NCBI GenBank assembly: GCA_045616745.1
Contig: JAZLHH010000056.1
Location: 11,831-75,830 of the forward strand
Length of the DNA: 64,000 bases
Reading direction: 5' to 3'
Source: Candidatus Limivicinus sp.
Lineage (GTDB): Bacteria > Bacillota > Clostridia > Oscillospirales > Oscillospiraceae
A program made the position numbers and the translations under genes. Each line of letters opens with the position of its first letter. The first letter of the stretch is position 1. Of this stretch, positions 1 to 11,211 are shown one piece after another. Under the pieces are notes generated by a model. That model did not search any database, was not told the DNA's origin, and worked only from the letters and a program-made list of their open reading frames with translations.

Positions 1-1
1 T

Positions 2-1936
2 TCGTTTTCGGATGATTCACTGGAAAACGGTGTGCCGGATATCAATCTGAATCTCAGCCGTTTTTCCTCCTCTGCCAATAAAAAAAGCAAAAGCAAAAAG
101 AATCCGCCTGTTGTACCCTCCGGAACGGCTTCTGCCTATAATCTTCCCTTGGGAGATGACGGCAGCACGGATTCCGTGAAACCGAAGAAGCAGACAAAGC
201 CCAAGGTTACGGATATTCCGCTGGATGCGCCGGCCAGGCCGTCAAACCCCAGAACCCCGGTTACGATTCAGAAGGTTCCCGGAGCAACGGCTGCTGCCTC
301 CTCTGTGGAAGATCTGAAGCCGGAGAAGCTGACGAAGGAGCAGATTCAGAAGGAAGCGGAGTCAGTGGCGAAGGCAGCTGCGGAATCGGATGACACCAAT
401 GTTTATACTTTCCCCAGTATCAAGCTTCTGAGCCCTTCCAGATTCAACGGCTCAGACACCAGGGATATGCTCTATGAAACCCAGAATCGCCTGGAAAATA
501 CGCTCCACAGCTTCGGGGTAATGTCCAATGTGGTAAAGATTACGCCGGGACCAACCGTAACCCGTTATGATATTGAGCTCGAGCAGGGCGTCAAGCTCTC
601 CAAGGTAACCAATCTTGCCGGAGACATTGCCCTTTCCCTCGGGGTTCTCAATGTCCGCGTTGCCCCGATTCCGGATGAAATCTCCACAGTGGGAATTGAA
701 GTTCCCAACAAAATTGTCAATACGGTATCTCTCCGTGAAATAATCGAATCCTCCAACTTTGAAAAAGCAAAGAGCAAGCTCAGCTTTGCCATAGGAAAAG
801 ATATCGGCGGAAATGCGATCGTCGGAGATATCTCGAAACTCCCGCACATGCTGATTGCCGGAACGACCGGTTCCGGTAAATCCGTCTGCATGAATTCTCT
901 GATTCTGTCACTTCTTTACAAGGCGAAGCCGGATGAGGTCAAGTTTATTATGATTGACCCGAAGATGGTGGAGCTGGGAATTTATAACGCCATACCGCAT
1001 CTCTATGTCCCAGTAGTAACCGAGCCGAAAAAAGCAGCCGGTGCTCTGCAGTGGGCCGTTGTGGAAATGCTGAAGCGTTACCGCCTGTTTTCCGATGCGG
1101 GCGTCCGTGATCTTGCCACGTATAATGCTTACTGCAAGCATGCAAAGGAGCCGACGCTCCCGCAGGTTGTGATTCTGATTGATGAGCTGGCGGATCTCAT
1201 GATGGCAGCTTCCAAGGAAGTGGAAGAGAGCATCTGCCGGATCGCACAGATGGGCAGAGCTGCAGGCATGCACCTGATTATTGCTACCCAGCGTCCTTCT
1301 GCAGACGTGATAACCGGTCTGATGAAGGCTAATATTCCCAGCAGGATTGCTTTTGCGGTTTCCTCGGCAATGGAGTCACGAATCATCATGGACCAGTCCG
1401 GTGCGGAAAAGCTGATCGGTCACGGTGATATGCTTTACTCTCCGCTGGGGAGCGGAAAGCCTCTCCGTGTGCAGGGTTCCTTTGTTTCCGATGAGGAAAG
1501 AGAAAAGGTTATCAACTTCATTAAAGAACATTCCGACTACAGGACGGAAACGCCGGATGAGCTGAAATCTGCAATAGAGAACGGCCTGGATGACAAGAAT
1601 GCCGCCCAGTCTGAGGATGCGGATTCTAAATCCGGAATAGCCGGGGATTACGATGAGATGCTGCCGCAGGCTGCGGAGGTTGTTCTGGAGATGAAGAGCT
1701 GCTCGGTTTCCATGCTCCAGAGAAGGCTGAAGCTGGGTTACTCCCGCGCAGCCAGAATCGTAGACCAGATGGAAGAGCTGGGAATTGTAGGGCCGTATGA
1801 AGGGGCAAAGCCGAGAACTGTCCCGATTTCACGGGAAGACTGGAATGATATTCAGATTCAGCTGGGTCTGGCCACGGAAGATGACTTTGCCATGGCGGCA
1901 GAAATGAATGAGGCTCCGGAAAATGAATACGAATGA
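2..1936 (+). CDS. ftsK: DNA translocase FtsK/SpoIIIE, C-terminal part (5' end off-window)
   Basis: The frame is open from nt 2 with no stop, so the gene is truncated by the window edge. Walker A GTTGSGKS, Walker B-like VILIDELADLM, and C-terminal gamma wHTH SMLQRRLKLGYSRAARIVDQMEELGIV. No membrane segments are seen because the N-terminus lies outside the window. Confidence 0.9.
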   Translation, partial: SFSDDSLENGVPDINLNLSRFSSSANKKSKSKKNPPVVPSGTASAYNLPLGDDGSTDSVKPKKQTKPKVTDIPLDAPARPSNPRTPVTIQKVPGATAAASSVEDLKPEKLTKEQIQKEAESVAKAAAESDDTNVYTFPSIKLLSPSRFNGSDTRDMLYETQNRLENTLHSFGVMSNVVKITPGPTVTRYDIELEQGVKLSKVTNLAGDIALSLGVLNVRVAPIPDEISTVGIEVPNKIVNTVSLREIIESSNFEKAKSKLSFAIGKDIGGNAIVGDISKLPHMLIAGTTGSGKSVCMNSLILSLLYKAKPDEVKFIMIDPKMVELGIYNAIPHLYVPVVTEPKKAAGALQWAVVEMLKRYRLFSDAGVRDLATYNAYCKHAKEPTLPQVVILIDELADLMMAASKEVEESICRIAQMGRAAGMHLIIATQRPSADVITGLMKANIPSRIAFAVSSAMESRIIMDQSGAEKLIGHGDMLYSPLGSGKPLRVQGSFVSDEEREKVINFIKEHSDYRTETPDELKSAIENGLDDKNAAQSEDADSKSGIAGDYDEMLPQAAEVVLEMKSCSVSMLQRRLKLGYSRAARIVDQMEELGIVGPYEGAKPRTVPISREDWNDIQIQLGLATEDDFAMAAEMNEAPENEYE

Positions 1937-2267
1937 AATCGGAGCGCTGACGCTGGCTTATATCGGCGATGCCGTTTATGAGCTGAAGGTTCGGGTCCAT
2001 TTTCTGGATCACAGGAAGTCCGTTGCCATGGTACGGGCAGAATCCCAGGCCGCGGCATATGATATCATTTCCGGTGTGCTTACAGAGGCAGAGCAGTCGG
2101 CCTACCGCAGAGGCAGGAATGCCAAGGTCAACAGCATTCCTGCACACGCCACGGTTGAGGAGTATCACAAGGCCACCGGCTTTGAAGCCCTCTTCGGCTG
2201 GCTTTATCTGAACGGTGAAACGCAGCGGATTGATGAATTGTTTGAATTGATTGTTCATGGTAATTGA
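1923..2267 (+). CDS. mrnC: Mini-ribonuclease 3 (Mini-III)
   Basis: A ~115 aa protein with the RNase III-type signature LTLAYIGDAVYEL and no dsRBD. ATG 1923 is preferred over ATG 1908; both overlap the ftsK stop. Confidence 0.8.
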   Translation: MNTNEIGALTLAYIGDAVYELKVRVHFLDHRKSVAMVRAESQAAAYDIISGVLTEAEQSAYRRGRNAKVNSIPAHATVEEYHKATGFEALFGWLYLNGETQRIDELFELIVHGN

Positions 2268-3651
2268 CAGTAAACTGGTTGCCGCTCTTGCGGAAGAACT
2301 GAACAGAGAATGTGCCGGCGGTCGAATTGAGAAGATTCAGCAGCCGGCGAAAAATATTCTCGTTTTCACGGTAAGAAAGGATCGGGTAAACCGGAAACTG
2401 CTTCTGTCCTCCAATACCGGAAAGGCGAGAATCCACTTCACGGATTCGGAGTATGAGAATCCCAAGGAGCCGCCGATGTTCTGCATGCTGCTTCGGAAGC
2501 ATCTGAGCGGCGCCTGCATTGAATCGGTTACACAGCTGAATGATGACAGGATCATTTCCCTGGAGCTGAAAAACAATGATGAACTTGGCCGGCAGGGAAA
2601 GGAACTGCTGATTGTGGAAATGCTCGGCAGATGCCCCAATATTGTACTGTGTGAGGAATCCGGTCATATACTTGACTGCATTCACCGAACGGATTTCCGA
2701 AATCCCGGTTTGTTGTATCGTGTTCCGGAAAAGCCGGGCAATCAGAAACCTGCAGATGATTTTGCATTGCCGGAAACCGGTCTTTCCCGAGCTCTGGATC
2801 GGTACTATTCTGAACTTGAAAAAAATGAAATCTATCGCGCCAAGTCAAAGGAAATCAAGACTCTGCTGAATAATTCCGTCAAACGTACGGAAAAGAAGCT
2901 GGGGAACCGGATTCTGGAGCTGGAGCGAACAAGGACCAGAGATGACATTCGCAAAAAAGCGGATCTGATTACAGCCAATCTCTGGAAAATCGGGAAGAAT
3001 GACAGGGTCCTTCGGTGCGAAGATTACTTCAATGACAATCGCCCTGTTGAAATCCCCCTGGATGAGAGGCTTTCACCGCAGCAGTATGCGGCGAAACTCT
3101 ACAAAGAGTACAATAAGCTGAAAACGGCGGAACAGTATCTGAACCGCCTGATCGAGGAAGCACAGAATCAGCTGGAGTTTCTGCGGTCTGAGCAGTACCT
3201 CCTGGAAAAAGCGGAATCGGAAGCGGATATCCGGGAAATTCGCGAGGAACTGACGGCACAGGGCTTTCTGAAACAGAGCAAATCGAATAACAGGAAAGAA
3301 AAGCCGCGCTCCTTCCTGGAGTTTATGACACCGTCCGGTAATCAGATACTGGTAGGCAGAAACAATGCGCAGAACGATGAATTGACGTTCAGAACGGCCC
3401 GTAAAAGCGATTTGTGGTTCCATGCAAAAAATATCCACGGGAGCCACGTTGTACTGTTCTGCGGCAATCTGGAGCCGGATTCGGAAGATATTCAGTGCGC
3501 TGCCGGATTGGCTGCCAGATATTCGCAGTCCAAAGGCGACTGTCTGGTGGATTACTGCCGGGTGCGCTTTGTTAAAAAACCTGCCGGTGCATTGCCCGGG
3601 AAGGTAATATATACGGATTATGCTACCGTGAGAGTCCGCGAACAGGAATGA
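2251..3651 (+). CDS. rqcH: NFACT-family ribosome quality control protein (RqcH / FbpA-like)
   Basis: N-terminal GGRIEKIQQP (NFACT-N), a central coiled-coil rich in E/K/L, and the NFACT-R motif DLWFHAKNIHGSHVVL. At 466 aa it is shorter than the ~570 aa I remember for Bacillus RqcH. Confidence 0.75.
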   Translation: MFMVIDSKLVAALAEELNRECAGGRIEKIQQPAKNILVFTVRKDRVNRKLLLSSNTGKARIHFTDSEYENPKEPPMFCMLLRKHLSGACIESVTQLNDDRIISLELKNNDELGRQGKELLIVEMLGRCPNIVLCEESGHILDCIHRTDFRNPGLLYRVPEKPGNQKPADDFALPETGLSRALDRYYSELEKNEIYRAKSKEIKTLLNNSVKRTEKKLGNRILELERTRTRDDIRKKADLITANLWKIGKNDRVLRCEDYFNDNRPVEIPLDERLSPQQYAAKLYKEYNKLKTAEQYLNRLIEEAQNQLEFLRSEQYLLEKAESEADIREIREELTAQGFLKQSKSNNRKEKPRSFLEFMTPSGNQILVGRNNAQNDELTFRTARKSDLWFHAKNIHGSHVVLFCGNLEPDSEDIQCAAGLAARYSQSKGDCLVDYCRVRFVKKPAGALPGKVIYTDYATVRVREQE

Positions 3652-3662
3652 AAAAGAGAAGC

Positions 3663-4598
3663 TCAGCTGAGCTTCTCTTTTATGGTTTCCAGTGCGGAAT
3701 TGGCATCTTCTTCCTTGTTATATATCAGGTTGGCGATTTCTTTGCCGCCTCGTTCCAGTATGATACGATAATAAGAGTAATTCTGAGAAAATTCATCTTC
3801 AGAGCATTCACTGATTCGGATAAATGCATTGTCTATCTCCCGGTACGGTGAAAAGTACTTTTTCCCCAAATCTCTCCAGTAGAGCCCCAATTCACCGAAT
3901 GAAATTCTGCCGTTGCTTTTTGCATTGGTATAGTCCTGAACGTGTTCGCTATCCTGAATCTTCTTTTTATCCGGCGTAAGAAAGACCGTTTCATAGAAAT
4001 CACGGCCGTAAACCTTGCGGGGGAGTTTGGATGCAATCAGCGTTCCGAGAATTCCGGCCAGCAGACCGACAATGATTCCGCCGATGACGTCCGTGGGGAA
4101 GTGAACAACAAGATAAATCCGGGCAATACCCATCAGTACTGCAAAAATAAAAGCCGTCCAGGAGTATTTTTTGTTTCCTGCCAGATACACAGCCGTCATG
4201 CTGGCAAAAGCTGCCGTCGTATGGCCGGAAGGGAAGCTTTTATCCGATTCCATATTCATACCGACAGTCTGCCAGAGGCGGTAGTATTCACTGGCAGCGT
4301 CTGCATAGGGTCGGGGCCTTGCAATCAGAACCTTCAGCACGCAGTTGGTAATCAGCGCGCCTATTGCCAGAGAAATGCACATGGCGATCCCGAAGCGCCG
4401 TGTCTTTTTGAAACAGGCGAGAATCACAGACAGGATAATCAGGGGAATTCCGTCATGTCCGAGGAAAGAGATAAATTCAAAGAACGGAGTGAAAAAGTCA
4501 CCGGCAATGAAATAGAGATTGTGTATCCACTCCGTAATCATCAGGTCAAAAGCGGCAAACGTGGAGTTGATCCAGAGAGCAGCAGCGTTAACAGCCAT
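3663..4598 (-). CDS. PAP2-family membrane phosphatase with ~110 aa C-terminal soluble extension
   Basis: All three PAP2 motifs are present: KVLIARPRP, PSGH and HFPTD. There are multiple hydrophobic helices, and the C-terminal third is hydrophilic with no recognised motif. Confidence 0.8.
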   Translation of the reverse strand: MAVNAAALWINSTFAAFDLMITEWIHNLYFIAGDFFTPFFEFISFLGHDGIPLIILSVILACFKKTRRFGIAMCISLAIGALITNCVLKVLIARPRPYADAASEYYRLWQTVGMNMESDKSFPSGHTTAAFASMTAVYLAGNKKYSWTAFIFAVLMGIARIYLVVHFPTDVIGGIIVGLLAGILGTLIASKLPRKVYGRDFYETVFLTPDKKKIQDSEHVQDYTNAKSNGRISFGELGLYWRDLGKKYFSPYREIDNAFIRISECSEDEFSQNYSYYRIILERGGKEIANLIYNKEEDANSALETIKEKLS

Positions 4599-4645
4599 AA
4601 ATATTGTTCCTTTACCATTTATTTTGTGTTATTATATCAACATCT

Positions 4646-6604
4646 ATGGACAAATTCAAGTTAGTCTCCGAATACCGGCCGACGGGGGATCAGCCCCAGG
4701 CAATTGATGCCTTAGTTCGCGGAATTGAAGCAGGAATTGACGAGCAGGTTCTCCTTGGGGTTACCGGTTCGGGAAAAACCTATACGATGGCGAATGTGAT
4801 AGAGAGGGTCAACCGTCCCGCTCTGGTTTTGGCGCACAATAAAACGCTGGCAGCTCAGCTTTGCGCGGAATTCAAGGAATTTTTCCCGGAAAATGCTGTA
4901 GAGTACTTCGTTTCTTATTACGATTATTATCAGCCGGAAGCATATATTCCTCATACGGATACGTATATTGAAAAAGACTGTTCCATCAACGATGAAATTG
5001 ACCGGCTTCGTCTTTCTGCAACATTTTCTCTCCTTGAACGGAGAGACGTGATCGTCGTATCCTCGGTATCCTGCATTTACGGACTCGGTGAACCGGAGGA
5101 TTTTCAGAATATGGCGGTTTCTATCCGTCCCGGTCAGGAATTTTCCCAGGAGCGTCTTCTCCGCGGCCTTCTTGAAGCCCGCTATGAGAGGAATGACCTG
5201 GCATTTGAGAGAAATATGTTCCGCGTCAGAGGCGATACGGTGGATATTTTCCCCGCCTACTGGAATGACAGAGCCATTCGCGTGGAATATTTTGGCGACG
5301 AGATTGAGAAGATCAGTGAGATTCAGCCCCTTACCGGACGCCCGGTCAAGTCGCTTTCCCATTGCGCGATATATCCTGCCAGCCACTATGTAACTTCCCG
5401 GGAGAAAATGGAAGCAGCTATTGCAAGAATTCGCCGGGAATGTGATTTGCAGGAAGCTGTGTTTCAGGAACAGGGGAAGCTGATCGAGGCGCAGCGTATT
5501 CGTCAGAGAACAGAATATGACATTGAAATGATGATGGAGCTGGGATACTGCTCCGGAATTGAGAATTACTCCCGCCAGATTTCCAATCGGAAACCCGGCA
5601 GCCCGCCGATGACGCTTCTCGATTATTTCCCGGATGATTTTCTCCTTTTTATTGATGAAAGTCATGCCACGCTCCCGCAGGTTCATGCCATGTATAACGG
5701 TGATCATGCCAGAAAAGATTCTCTCGTCAATTTCGGCTTCCGTTTACCGAGCGCTTATGACAACAGGCCGCTGCGTTTTGAAGAATTCGAGAGCAGAATC
5801 CATCAGAGAATTTATGTTTCCGCGACCCCGGGCGAATACGAAAGAACCCGCGCAGGTCAGGTCGCTGAGCAGGTGATTCGGCCTACGGGACTTCTGGATC
5901 CGCTGATTTCCGTCCGCCCCGTAGAAAATCAGATTGATGACCTGATGGAAGCGATCCATGAAAAAACACAGCAGGGTTACCGGACATTAGTCACTACTCT
6001 GACGAAGAAAATGGCCGAGCATCTGGCAGAATATTTCCAGAATGTAGGAATCCGCTGCCGCTATATGCATTCGGATATCGGCACGATCGAAAGAATGGAG
6101 ATTATCCGCGATCTTCGACTGAAGGAATTTGATGTGCTGATCGGTATTAACCTTCTCCGGGAAGGGCTGGACATTCCGGAGGTCGGACTCGTTGCGATTC
6201 TGGATGCTGATAAAGAAGGTTTTTTGAGAAGCGAAACATCTCTGATTCAGACGGTAGGCCGCGCCGCGCGGAATGCGGAAGGAGAAGTAATCATGTATGC
6301 AGATACAGTAACGCCCTCTATGAAAGCCTGTATCGACGAAACAAACCGCCGCAGAGAGAAACAGATACGCTACAATGAGGAGAATCATATTGTTCCGAAA
6401 ACGATCGTCAAGGATATCCGCGACATTATTGAAATCTCCACAGAAGTATCCAGAACGGACAAGGGAATCCGCATGACAGAGCGAGAGCGTAAAGAGGCAA
6501 TTGACAGTCTGGAGAAAAAGATGAAGAAAGCGGCAGAAATGCTGGAATTTGAAATAGCAGCACAGCTGAGAGATGAAATTATCCGGTTGAGAGGTACGAA
6601 ATGA
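4646..6604 (+). CDS. uvrB: Excinuclease ABC subunit B
   Basis: [21 protein letters not shown]-terminus, Walker A GVTGSGKT, helicase motifs, and the C-terminal UVR motif [19 protein letters not shown] 4646 replaces the 14-codon upstream extension in the ORF track. Confidence 0.97.
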   Translation: MDKFKLVSEYRPTGDQPQAIDALVRGIEAGIDEQVLLGVTGSGKTYTMANVIERVNRPALVLAHNKTLAAQLCAEFKEFFPENAVEYFVSYYDYYQPEAYIPHTDTYIEKDCSINDEIDRLRLSATFSLLERRDVIVVSSVSCIYGLGEPEDFQNMAVSIRPGQEFSQERLLRGLLEARYERNDLAFERNMFRVRGDTVDIFPAYWNDRAIRVEYFGDEIEKISEIQPLTGRPVKSLSHCAIYPASHYVTSREKMEAAIARIRRECDLQEAVFQEQGKLIEAQRIRQRTEYDIEMMMELGYCSGIENYSRQISNRKPGSPPMTLLDYFPDDFLLFIDESHATLPQVHAMYNGDHARKDSLVNFGFRLPSAYDNRPLRFEEFESRIHQRIYVSATPGEYERTRAGQVAEQVIRPTGLLDPLISVRPVENQIDDLMEAIHEKTQQGYRTLVTTLTKKMAEHLAEYFQNVGIRCRYMHSDIGTIERMEIIRDLRLKEFDVLIGINLLREGLDIPEVGLVAILDADKEGFLRSETSLIQTVGRAARNAEGEVIMYADTVTPSMKACIDETNRRREKQIRYNEENHIVPKTIVKDIRDIIEISTEVSRTDKGIRMTERERKEAIDSLEKKMKKAAEMLEFEIAAQLRDEIIRLRGTK

Positions 6605-8871
6605 AGTTAATGATTGTTGACGGAAATTCCATAGTAAACCGGGCTTTTTTCGGGATCCGTCCTCTGACAGCGCCGGACGGAACACCGACAAACGCTATTT
6701 ACGGTTTTCTGAATATTCTGTACCGACTTGAAAAGTCCTATTCTCCGGATGCACTGTGCGTCAGTTTTGACGTCCATGCACCTACATTTCGCCACAAAGC
6801 CTGTGATTTTTATAAGGCAACACGAAAGCCGATGCCGGAGGATCTGTGCACGCAGATGCCGATTCTGAAGGAAATACTCATGAAAATGGGAATCTCTGTT
6901 CTTGAAATGGAAGGATACGAGGCAGATGACATCCTCGGTACGGTGTCCAGAATGTGCGAGGAGAATTGCTGGGAATGCATTCCCGTCACCGGAGACAGAG
7001 ACTCCCTTCAGCTGGTTTCCGAGTATACACATGTCTGTCTGGTAAAGACAAATGAAGACATCCTGTATTCTCCGGAACTTTTCATGGCGGAATACGGTTT
7101 TTCCCCGAAAAAGCTGATTGACCTGAAGGCTCTGCAGGGCGATTCTTCCGATAATATTCCCGGCGTTCCGGGAATCGGGGAAAAGACGGCAAAAGACCTG
7201 ATATCCAGATACGGCTCGGTTTCAGAGATTTATTCCGACCTGTCGGCACTGGATCTCAAGGACAGCGTTTTAAAGAAACTGTCCGCCGGTGAAGAAAGTG
7301 CAAAGAAGTCTTATTGGCTGGCAACGATATTCCGTGAAGTTCCGCTGAACATTTCGCTTGCAGATCTCGTATGGAATAAAGCGTATCAGCCGGGGCTTTA
7401 CGAACGCTTATATAATCTCGGCCTCAACAGGACGATCAACCAGTGGAAAATCGAAAAGCTGTCTTCCGCCCCGGACTTTGAAACAGTGGATTCGGAAGAA
7501 ATTCCGGACGGTGTAACCGTTACTTCCAATGCCAAGGCACTGGTAAAAAACGGTTATGAAGGCGATTTCTTTGATACAACGATTGCACAGTATCTGATTA
7601 ACCCCACGGCAAAGGAGTATCTGGATAACTGCTCTTACGCTAAACTTCATAAAAAGCTGGAAGAGCTGAATCTCAGCAAACTGTATTATGAGCTGGAGCT
7701 TCCTCTGGTCAGAGTGCTGGCAGATATGGAATCCGAAGGAATCCTTGTAAACAGAGAGGCCCTTACCGCATTCGGAGAAGAACTTTTCGAAAAAATTCAG
7801 GCGTTGGAACAGAGCATTTATTTCCATGCGGGAAGGGAATTCAATATCAACAGTCCGAAGCAGCTTTCAGCTGTTCTGTTTGATGAGCTGCAGCTGCCGA
7901 ATCCCAAAAAGGGAAGTACTGCCGCTGAAGTTCTGGAATCCGTTGCAGTCTATCATCCCATTATCGATGATATTCTGGAATACCGGGAGTATTCTAAATT
8001 AAAAAGCACGTACACTGACGGCCTCAGTGACTTTATCGCGGAGGACGGCAGAATCCACACAACATTCCAGCAGACGGTTACGGCGACCGGCCGTCTTTCG
8101 TCCACCGAACCGAATCTGCAGAATATTCCGATTCGGAAGGAACTGGGATCTCGTCTTCGGGAAATGTTTGTTTCTGCGCCCGGCAAGATACTGGTTGATG
8201 CGGACTATTCCCAGATTGAACTGCGCATTCTTGCCCATATTTCAAACGATGAAAATATGATTCAGGCTTTTCTCTCCGGAGAAGACTTTCACCGCCTTAC
8301 CGCTTCGGGAATGTTCAATGTTCCCCTCGATGCGGTTACACCGCTGATGCGTTCCCGGGCAAAGGCCATCAACTTCGGAATTATTTACGGCATGAGCCAG
8401 TATACTCTGGCAAAGGACCTTCGGATTTCCAACAGAGAAGCCGGGCAATATATGACGACGTACTTTGAGAAGTATCCCGGAGTTTCCGCCTATATGAAGA
8501 ACATTGTGGAACAGGCTATGGAAGAAGGCTTTGTTACCAGCCTTTTCGGCAGACGACGCGATATTCCGGAACTGAAAAGCACCAACTTCAATATGCGCGA
8601 ATTCGGAAAACGCGTGGCTTTGAATACTCCTGTTCAGGGTACTGCTGCGGATATCATCAAGCTTGCGATGATCAAAGTTCACGATGCACTCAAAGGTACC
8701 TCTGCAAAGCTGATCTTACAGGTTCATGATGAATTGATTGTGGAGTGCGAAGAATCCGAGAAAGATCAGATTGCTGAAATTTTGAAAAATTGTATGGAAG
8801 AAGCAGTTCAGCTGAAAGTCCCGCTGGAAGTGGAAGTCGGCTTCGGCAGAAACTGGTCGGAGGCACATTAA
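6601..8871 (+). CDS. polA: DNA polymerase I (compact form, 756 aa)
   Basis: 5' nuclease N-terminus ([25 protein letters not shown]), pol motif [13 protein letters not shown], motif [15 protein letters not shown] and motif [10 protein letters not shown]. The start overlaps the uvrB stop by 4 nt. Confidence 0.95.
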   Translation: MKLMIVDGNSIVNRAFFGIRPLTAPDGTPTNAIYGFLNILYRLEKSYSPDALCVSFDVHAPTFRHKACDFYKATRKPMPEDLCTQMPILKEILMKMGISVLEMEGYEADDILGTVSRMCEENCWECIPVTGDRDSLQLVSEYTHVCLVKTNEDILYSPELFMAEYGFSPKKLIDLKALQGDSSDNIPGVPGIGEKTAKDLISRYGSVSEIYSDLSALDLKDSVLKKLSAGEESAKKSYWLATIFREVPLNISLADLVWNKAYQPGLYERLYNLGLNRTINQWKIEKLSSAPDFETVDSEEIPDGVTVTSNAKALVKNGYEGDFFDTTIAQYLINPTAKEYLDNCSYAKLHKKLEELNLSKLYYELELPLVRVLADMESEGILVNREALTAFGEELFEKIQALEQSIYFHAGREFNINSPKQLSAVLFDELQLPNPKKGSTAAEVLESVAVYHPIIDDILEYREYSKLKSTYTDGLSDFIAEDGRIHTTFQQTVTATGRLSSTEPNLQNIPIRKELGSRLREMFVSAPGKILVDADYSQIELRILAHISNDENMIQAFLSGEDFHRLTASGMFNVPLDAVTPLMRSRAKAINFGIIYGMSQYTLAKDLRISNREAGQYMTTYFEKYPGVSAYMKNIVEQAMEEGFVTSLFGRRRDIPELKSTNFNMREFGKRVALNTPVQGTAADIIKLAMIKVHDALKGTSAKLILQVHDELIVECEESEKDQIAEILKNCMEEAVQLKVPLEVEVGFGRNWSEAH

Positions 8872-9299
8872 TGGAAATCAGATATGTTCTTCAATCCGAT
8901 TATTCGGAAATTCTGGAGATGGAAAAGGAAAACTTCAGTTTCCCGCATTCTTTAGAGCAGCTGAGAGCACAGGAAATACTGGTGGCTTATGCTGATGAAG
9001 TTCTTGGCTACGTCGGAATTAAGAAGGTGGAAGATGAAGGCTACATCTCCAATATCTGTGTAAAAGGAAATCACAGAAGAGAAGGAATTGCAGATGCTCT
9101 TCTCTGGAAACTGATTGACGAGTATAATGAACTCAGCTTCATTACTTTGGAATGCAGAGCATCCAATGAAGCGGCTGTCAGTCTTTATAAAAAGCATGGA
9201 TTTGACATTGTCGGGAAAATGAGTAATTATTACATTGACCCGAAAGAAGACGCATTGATTATGACATTGAGGTTTCAACGTGAAAATACTGGCATTTGA
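8871..9299 (+). CDS. rimI: GNAT N-acetyltransferase, RimI-like
   Basis: ~142 aa with the acetyl-CoA motif HRREGIADALL, in the conserved position directly upstream of tsaD. ATG 8871 shares one nt with the polA TAA stop. Confidence 0.8.
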   Translation: MEIRYVLQSDYSEILEMEKENFSFPHSLEQLRAQEILVAYADEVLGYVGIKKVEDEGYISNICVKGNHRREGIADALLWKLIDEYNELSFITLECRASNEAAVSLYKKHGFDIVGKMSNYYIDPKEDALIMTLRFQRENTGI

Positions 9300-10290
9300 A
9301 TCAACCTGTGATGAAACAGCCGTAGCTGTAGTTGAAGACGGAAGAAGGATTATCTCCAATCAGATTTTCTCTCAGGCGGATCTTCACGCAGTATATGGCG
9401 GTGTTGTTCCTGAAATTGCGTCCCGCTCTCATATAGAGGCAATTTCCCTCTTGACGGAAAAGGCGATGCAGGACGCGAATCTGAAGAAATCGGACATTGA
9501 TGCAATTGGCGTATCTTATGCGCCCGGCCTGATTGGGGCAGTTCTGGTAGGGGTAAACTTTGCCAAGTCCGCTGCGTTTACGCTTGGGGTTCCTCTGATA
9601 CCCGTGCATCACATCCGGGGTCATATTGCAGCGAATTACCTTGCCTATCCGGAACTGGAACCGCCGTTTCTCTGCCTGACCATTTCCGGAGGAAATACGA
9701 TTCTTGCAGAGGTCAGGGATTATACAGATATGATTATTCTTGGGTCTACAAGAGATGACGCAGCAGGGGAGTGTTTTGATAAGACGGCCCGCGTTCTCGG
9801 GCTTCCTTATCCCGGCGGAAAGCCGATGGATGACCTTTCGAAGACAGGAGATCCTGATAAATATAAATTCCCGCAGAGCAAGATAGCAGAAAATCCCTAT
9901 GACTTCAGCTTTTCCGGTCTGAAGACAGCAGTGATTAATCTCGTACATAATTCAAAAGAAGAAATTGACAGACCTTCTCTGGCCGCTTCTTTTACGAAGA
10001 GCGTCAGCGAAGCGCTTTTGTCGCGTGTTAAGCTCGCGGTAAATGAAACCTGTTATGACAAGCTTGTCATCGCCGGCGGTGTTGCTGCCAACTCCAAGAT
10101 TCGCAGAGACTTTGAAGCTTATGCCGCAGATAAGAATCTGCAGCTCTTTGTTCCGCCGTTAAAACTCTGCGGTGATAATGCGGCAATGATTGGCGCACAG
10201 GCATATTTTGAGTATCTGGCCGGACATACGGCGGGTACGAATCTGAATGCCTATGCCACTATGGATATCAACGGGAGCTTTAATGGCTGA
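9280..10290 (+). CDS. tsaD: tRNA N6-adenosine threonylcarbamoyltransferase
   Basis: ILAFESTCDETAVAVV N-terminus, metal-binding VHHIRGHI, and GGVAANS. Confidence 0.95.
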   Translation: MKILAFESTCDETAVAVVEDGRRIISNQIFSQADLHAVYGGVVPEIASRSHIEAISLLTEKAMQDANLKKSDIDAIGVSYAPGLIGAVLVGVNFAKSAAFTLGVPLIPVHHIRGHIAANYLAYPELEPPFLCLTISGGNTILAEVRDYTDMIILGSTRDDAAGECFDKTARVLGLPYPGGKPMDDLSKTGDPDKYKFPQSKIAENPYDFSFSGLKTAVINLVHNSKEEIDRPSLAASFTKSVSEALLSRVKLAVNETCYDKLVIAGGVAANSKIRRDFEAYAADKNLQLFVPPLKLCGDNAAMIGAQAYFEYLAGHTAGTNLNAYATMDINGSFNG

Positions 10291-10945
10291 GAATATTCAC
10301 GCCGGTCATCGGCAGAGAGTAAGGGACGAATATAAACAGCTCGGGCTGGAGAATTTTTCCACAGTCCGGGCTTTGGAGATGCTGCTGTTCTACGTGTATC
10401 CCTACGTAGATACCAATCCGATTGCCCACCGCCTGCTGGCTGCATTCGGTTCTTTGAAAGGGGTACTGAATGCATCCCTTGAGGATCTGGAACGGTTCGG
10501 TATGTCGGAATCACAGGCAATCCTTTTGAAAATTGTTCCCGAAATTTCACGGAAAGCACAGATAGAGTCTCTTCGGAAGATTTCTTCGACATTAGATGCA
10601 TCCGTTCTTGCCCGTGAGCTGTTTCGTAACTGTGCAGAGGAGCGTTTTGTTCTTTTCTGCCTGAATAATAAAAATGAACTGCTGGGAACGGATTTGCTTG
10701 CTTCCGGTGTAGTCAACTCCGTGAACATAGAAATACGAAAAATTGCAGAGGTTGCCCTGAGAAAAGGCGCAGTTTCTGTAATTATAGCCCATAATCATCC
10801 GGGCGGTATTGCCAGTCCCTCAGATGCCGACCTTCATCTGACAGGTCGAATCAAATCAGCACTTTCTCAGATTGACATTACACTTCTTGACCATCTGATT
10901 GTCTCGGATGATGATGTATTCTCGTTCTCATCCAATGGTCTGTGA
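10283..10945 (+). CDS. radC: RadC-family JAB-domain protein
   Basis: HhH-like N-terminus and the JAMM motif AHNHPGGIASPSDADLHLT. ATG 10283 overlaps the tsaD stop. Confidence 0.85.
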   Translation: MAENIHAGHRQRVRDEYKQLGLENFSTVRALEMLLFYVYPYVDTNPIAHRLLAAFGSLKGVLNASLEDLERFGMSESQAILLKIVPEISRKAQIESLRKISSTLDASVLARELFRNCAEERFVLFCLNNKNELLGTDLLASGVVNSVNIEIRKIAEVALRKGAVSVIIAHNHPGGIASPSDADLHLTGRIKSALSQIDITLLDHLIVSDDDVFSFSSNGL

Positions 10946-10972
10946 GACTTATTTTCAAATCCGGAATATCTA

Positions 10973-11000
10973 TTGACAAGTGGATTTTTTGTGGTAAAAT
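10973..11000 (+). promoter_or_regulatory. Candidate sigma-A promoter for the tRNA-Gly/tRNA-Leu unit
   Basis: TTGACA (10973-10978), a 16-nt spacer ending in TGg, and TAAAAT (10995-11000), 12 nt upstream of the tRNA 5' end. Confidence 0.45.
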
Positions 11001-11012
11001 AACACCTGTTCT

Positions 11013-11085
11013 GCGGCTTTAGCTCATCCGGTAGAGCGCCACCTTGCCAAGGTGGAGGTAGCGAGTTCGAGCCTCGTAAGCCGCT
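11013..11085 (+). tRNA. tRNA-Gly (anticodon GCC), CCA not encoded
   Basis: Manual cloverleaf: acceptor GCGGCTT/AAGCCGC, D stem GCTC/GAGC, anticodon stem CCACC/GGTGG with loop TTGCCAA, and T arm GCGAG-TTCGAGC-CTCGT. Total 73 nt. Confidence 0.9.
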
Positions 11086-11125
11086 CTTAAAACTACTTGC
11101 TCAGCAGGTAGTTTTTCTTGTATAT

Positions 11126-11207
11126 GCGGGTATGATGGAATTGGCAGACATGCAAGATTTAGGTTCTTGTGCTGAGAGGCGTGCAGGTTCAACCCCTGTT
11201 ACCCGCA
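11126..11207 (+). tRNA. tRNA-Leu (anticodon TAG), long variable arm, CCA not encoded
   Basis: Acceptor GCGGGTA/TACCCGC, anticodon stem CAAGA/TCTTG with loop TTTAGGT, a long variable arm, and T loop GGTTCAACCCC. Confidence 0.9.
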
Positions 11208-11211
11208 TTTG

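Noticed and set aside
4712-5707. 331-aa ORF antisense to uvrB
   Set aside because: uvrB is unambiguous on the + strand, and the antisense product has no recognisable features.
11091-11117. Terminator-like hairpin (AACTACTTGC/GCAGGTAGTT plus TTT) between tRNA-Gly and tRNA-Leu as evidence of something unusual
   Set aside because: Inter-tRNA hairpins are common processing or attenuation elements. I see nothing further to support a special function.
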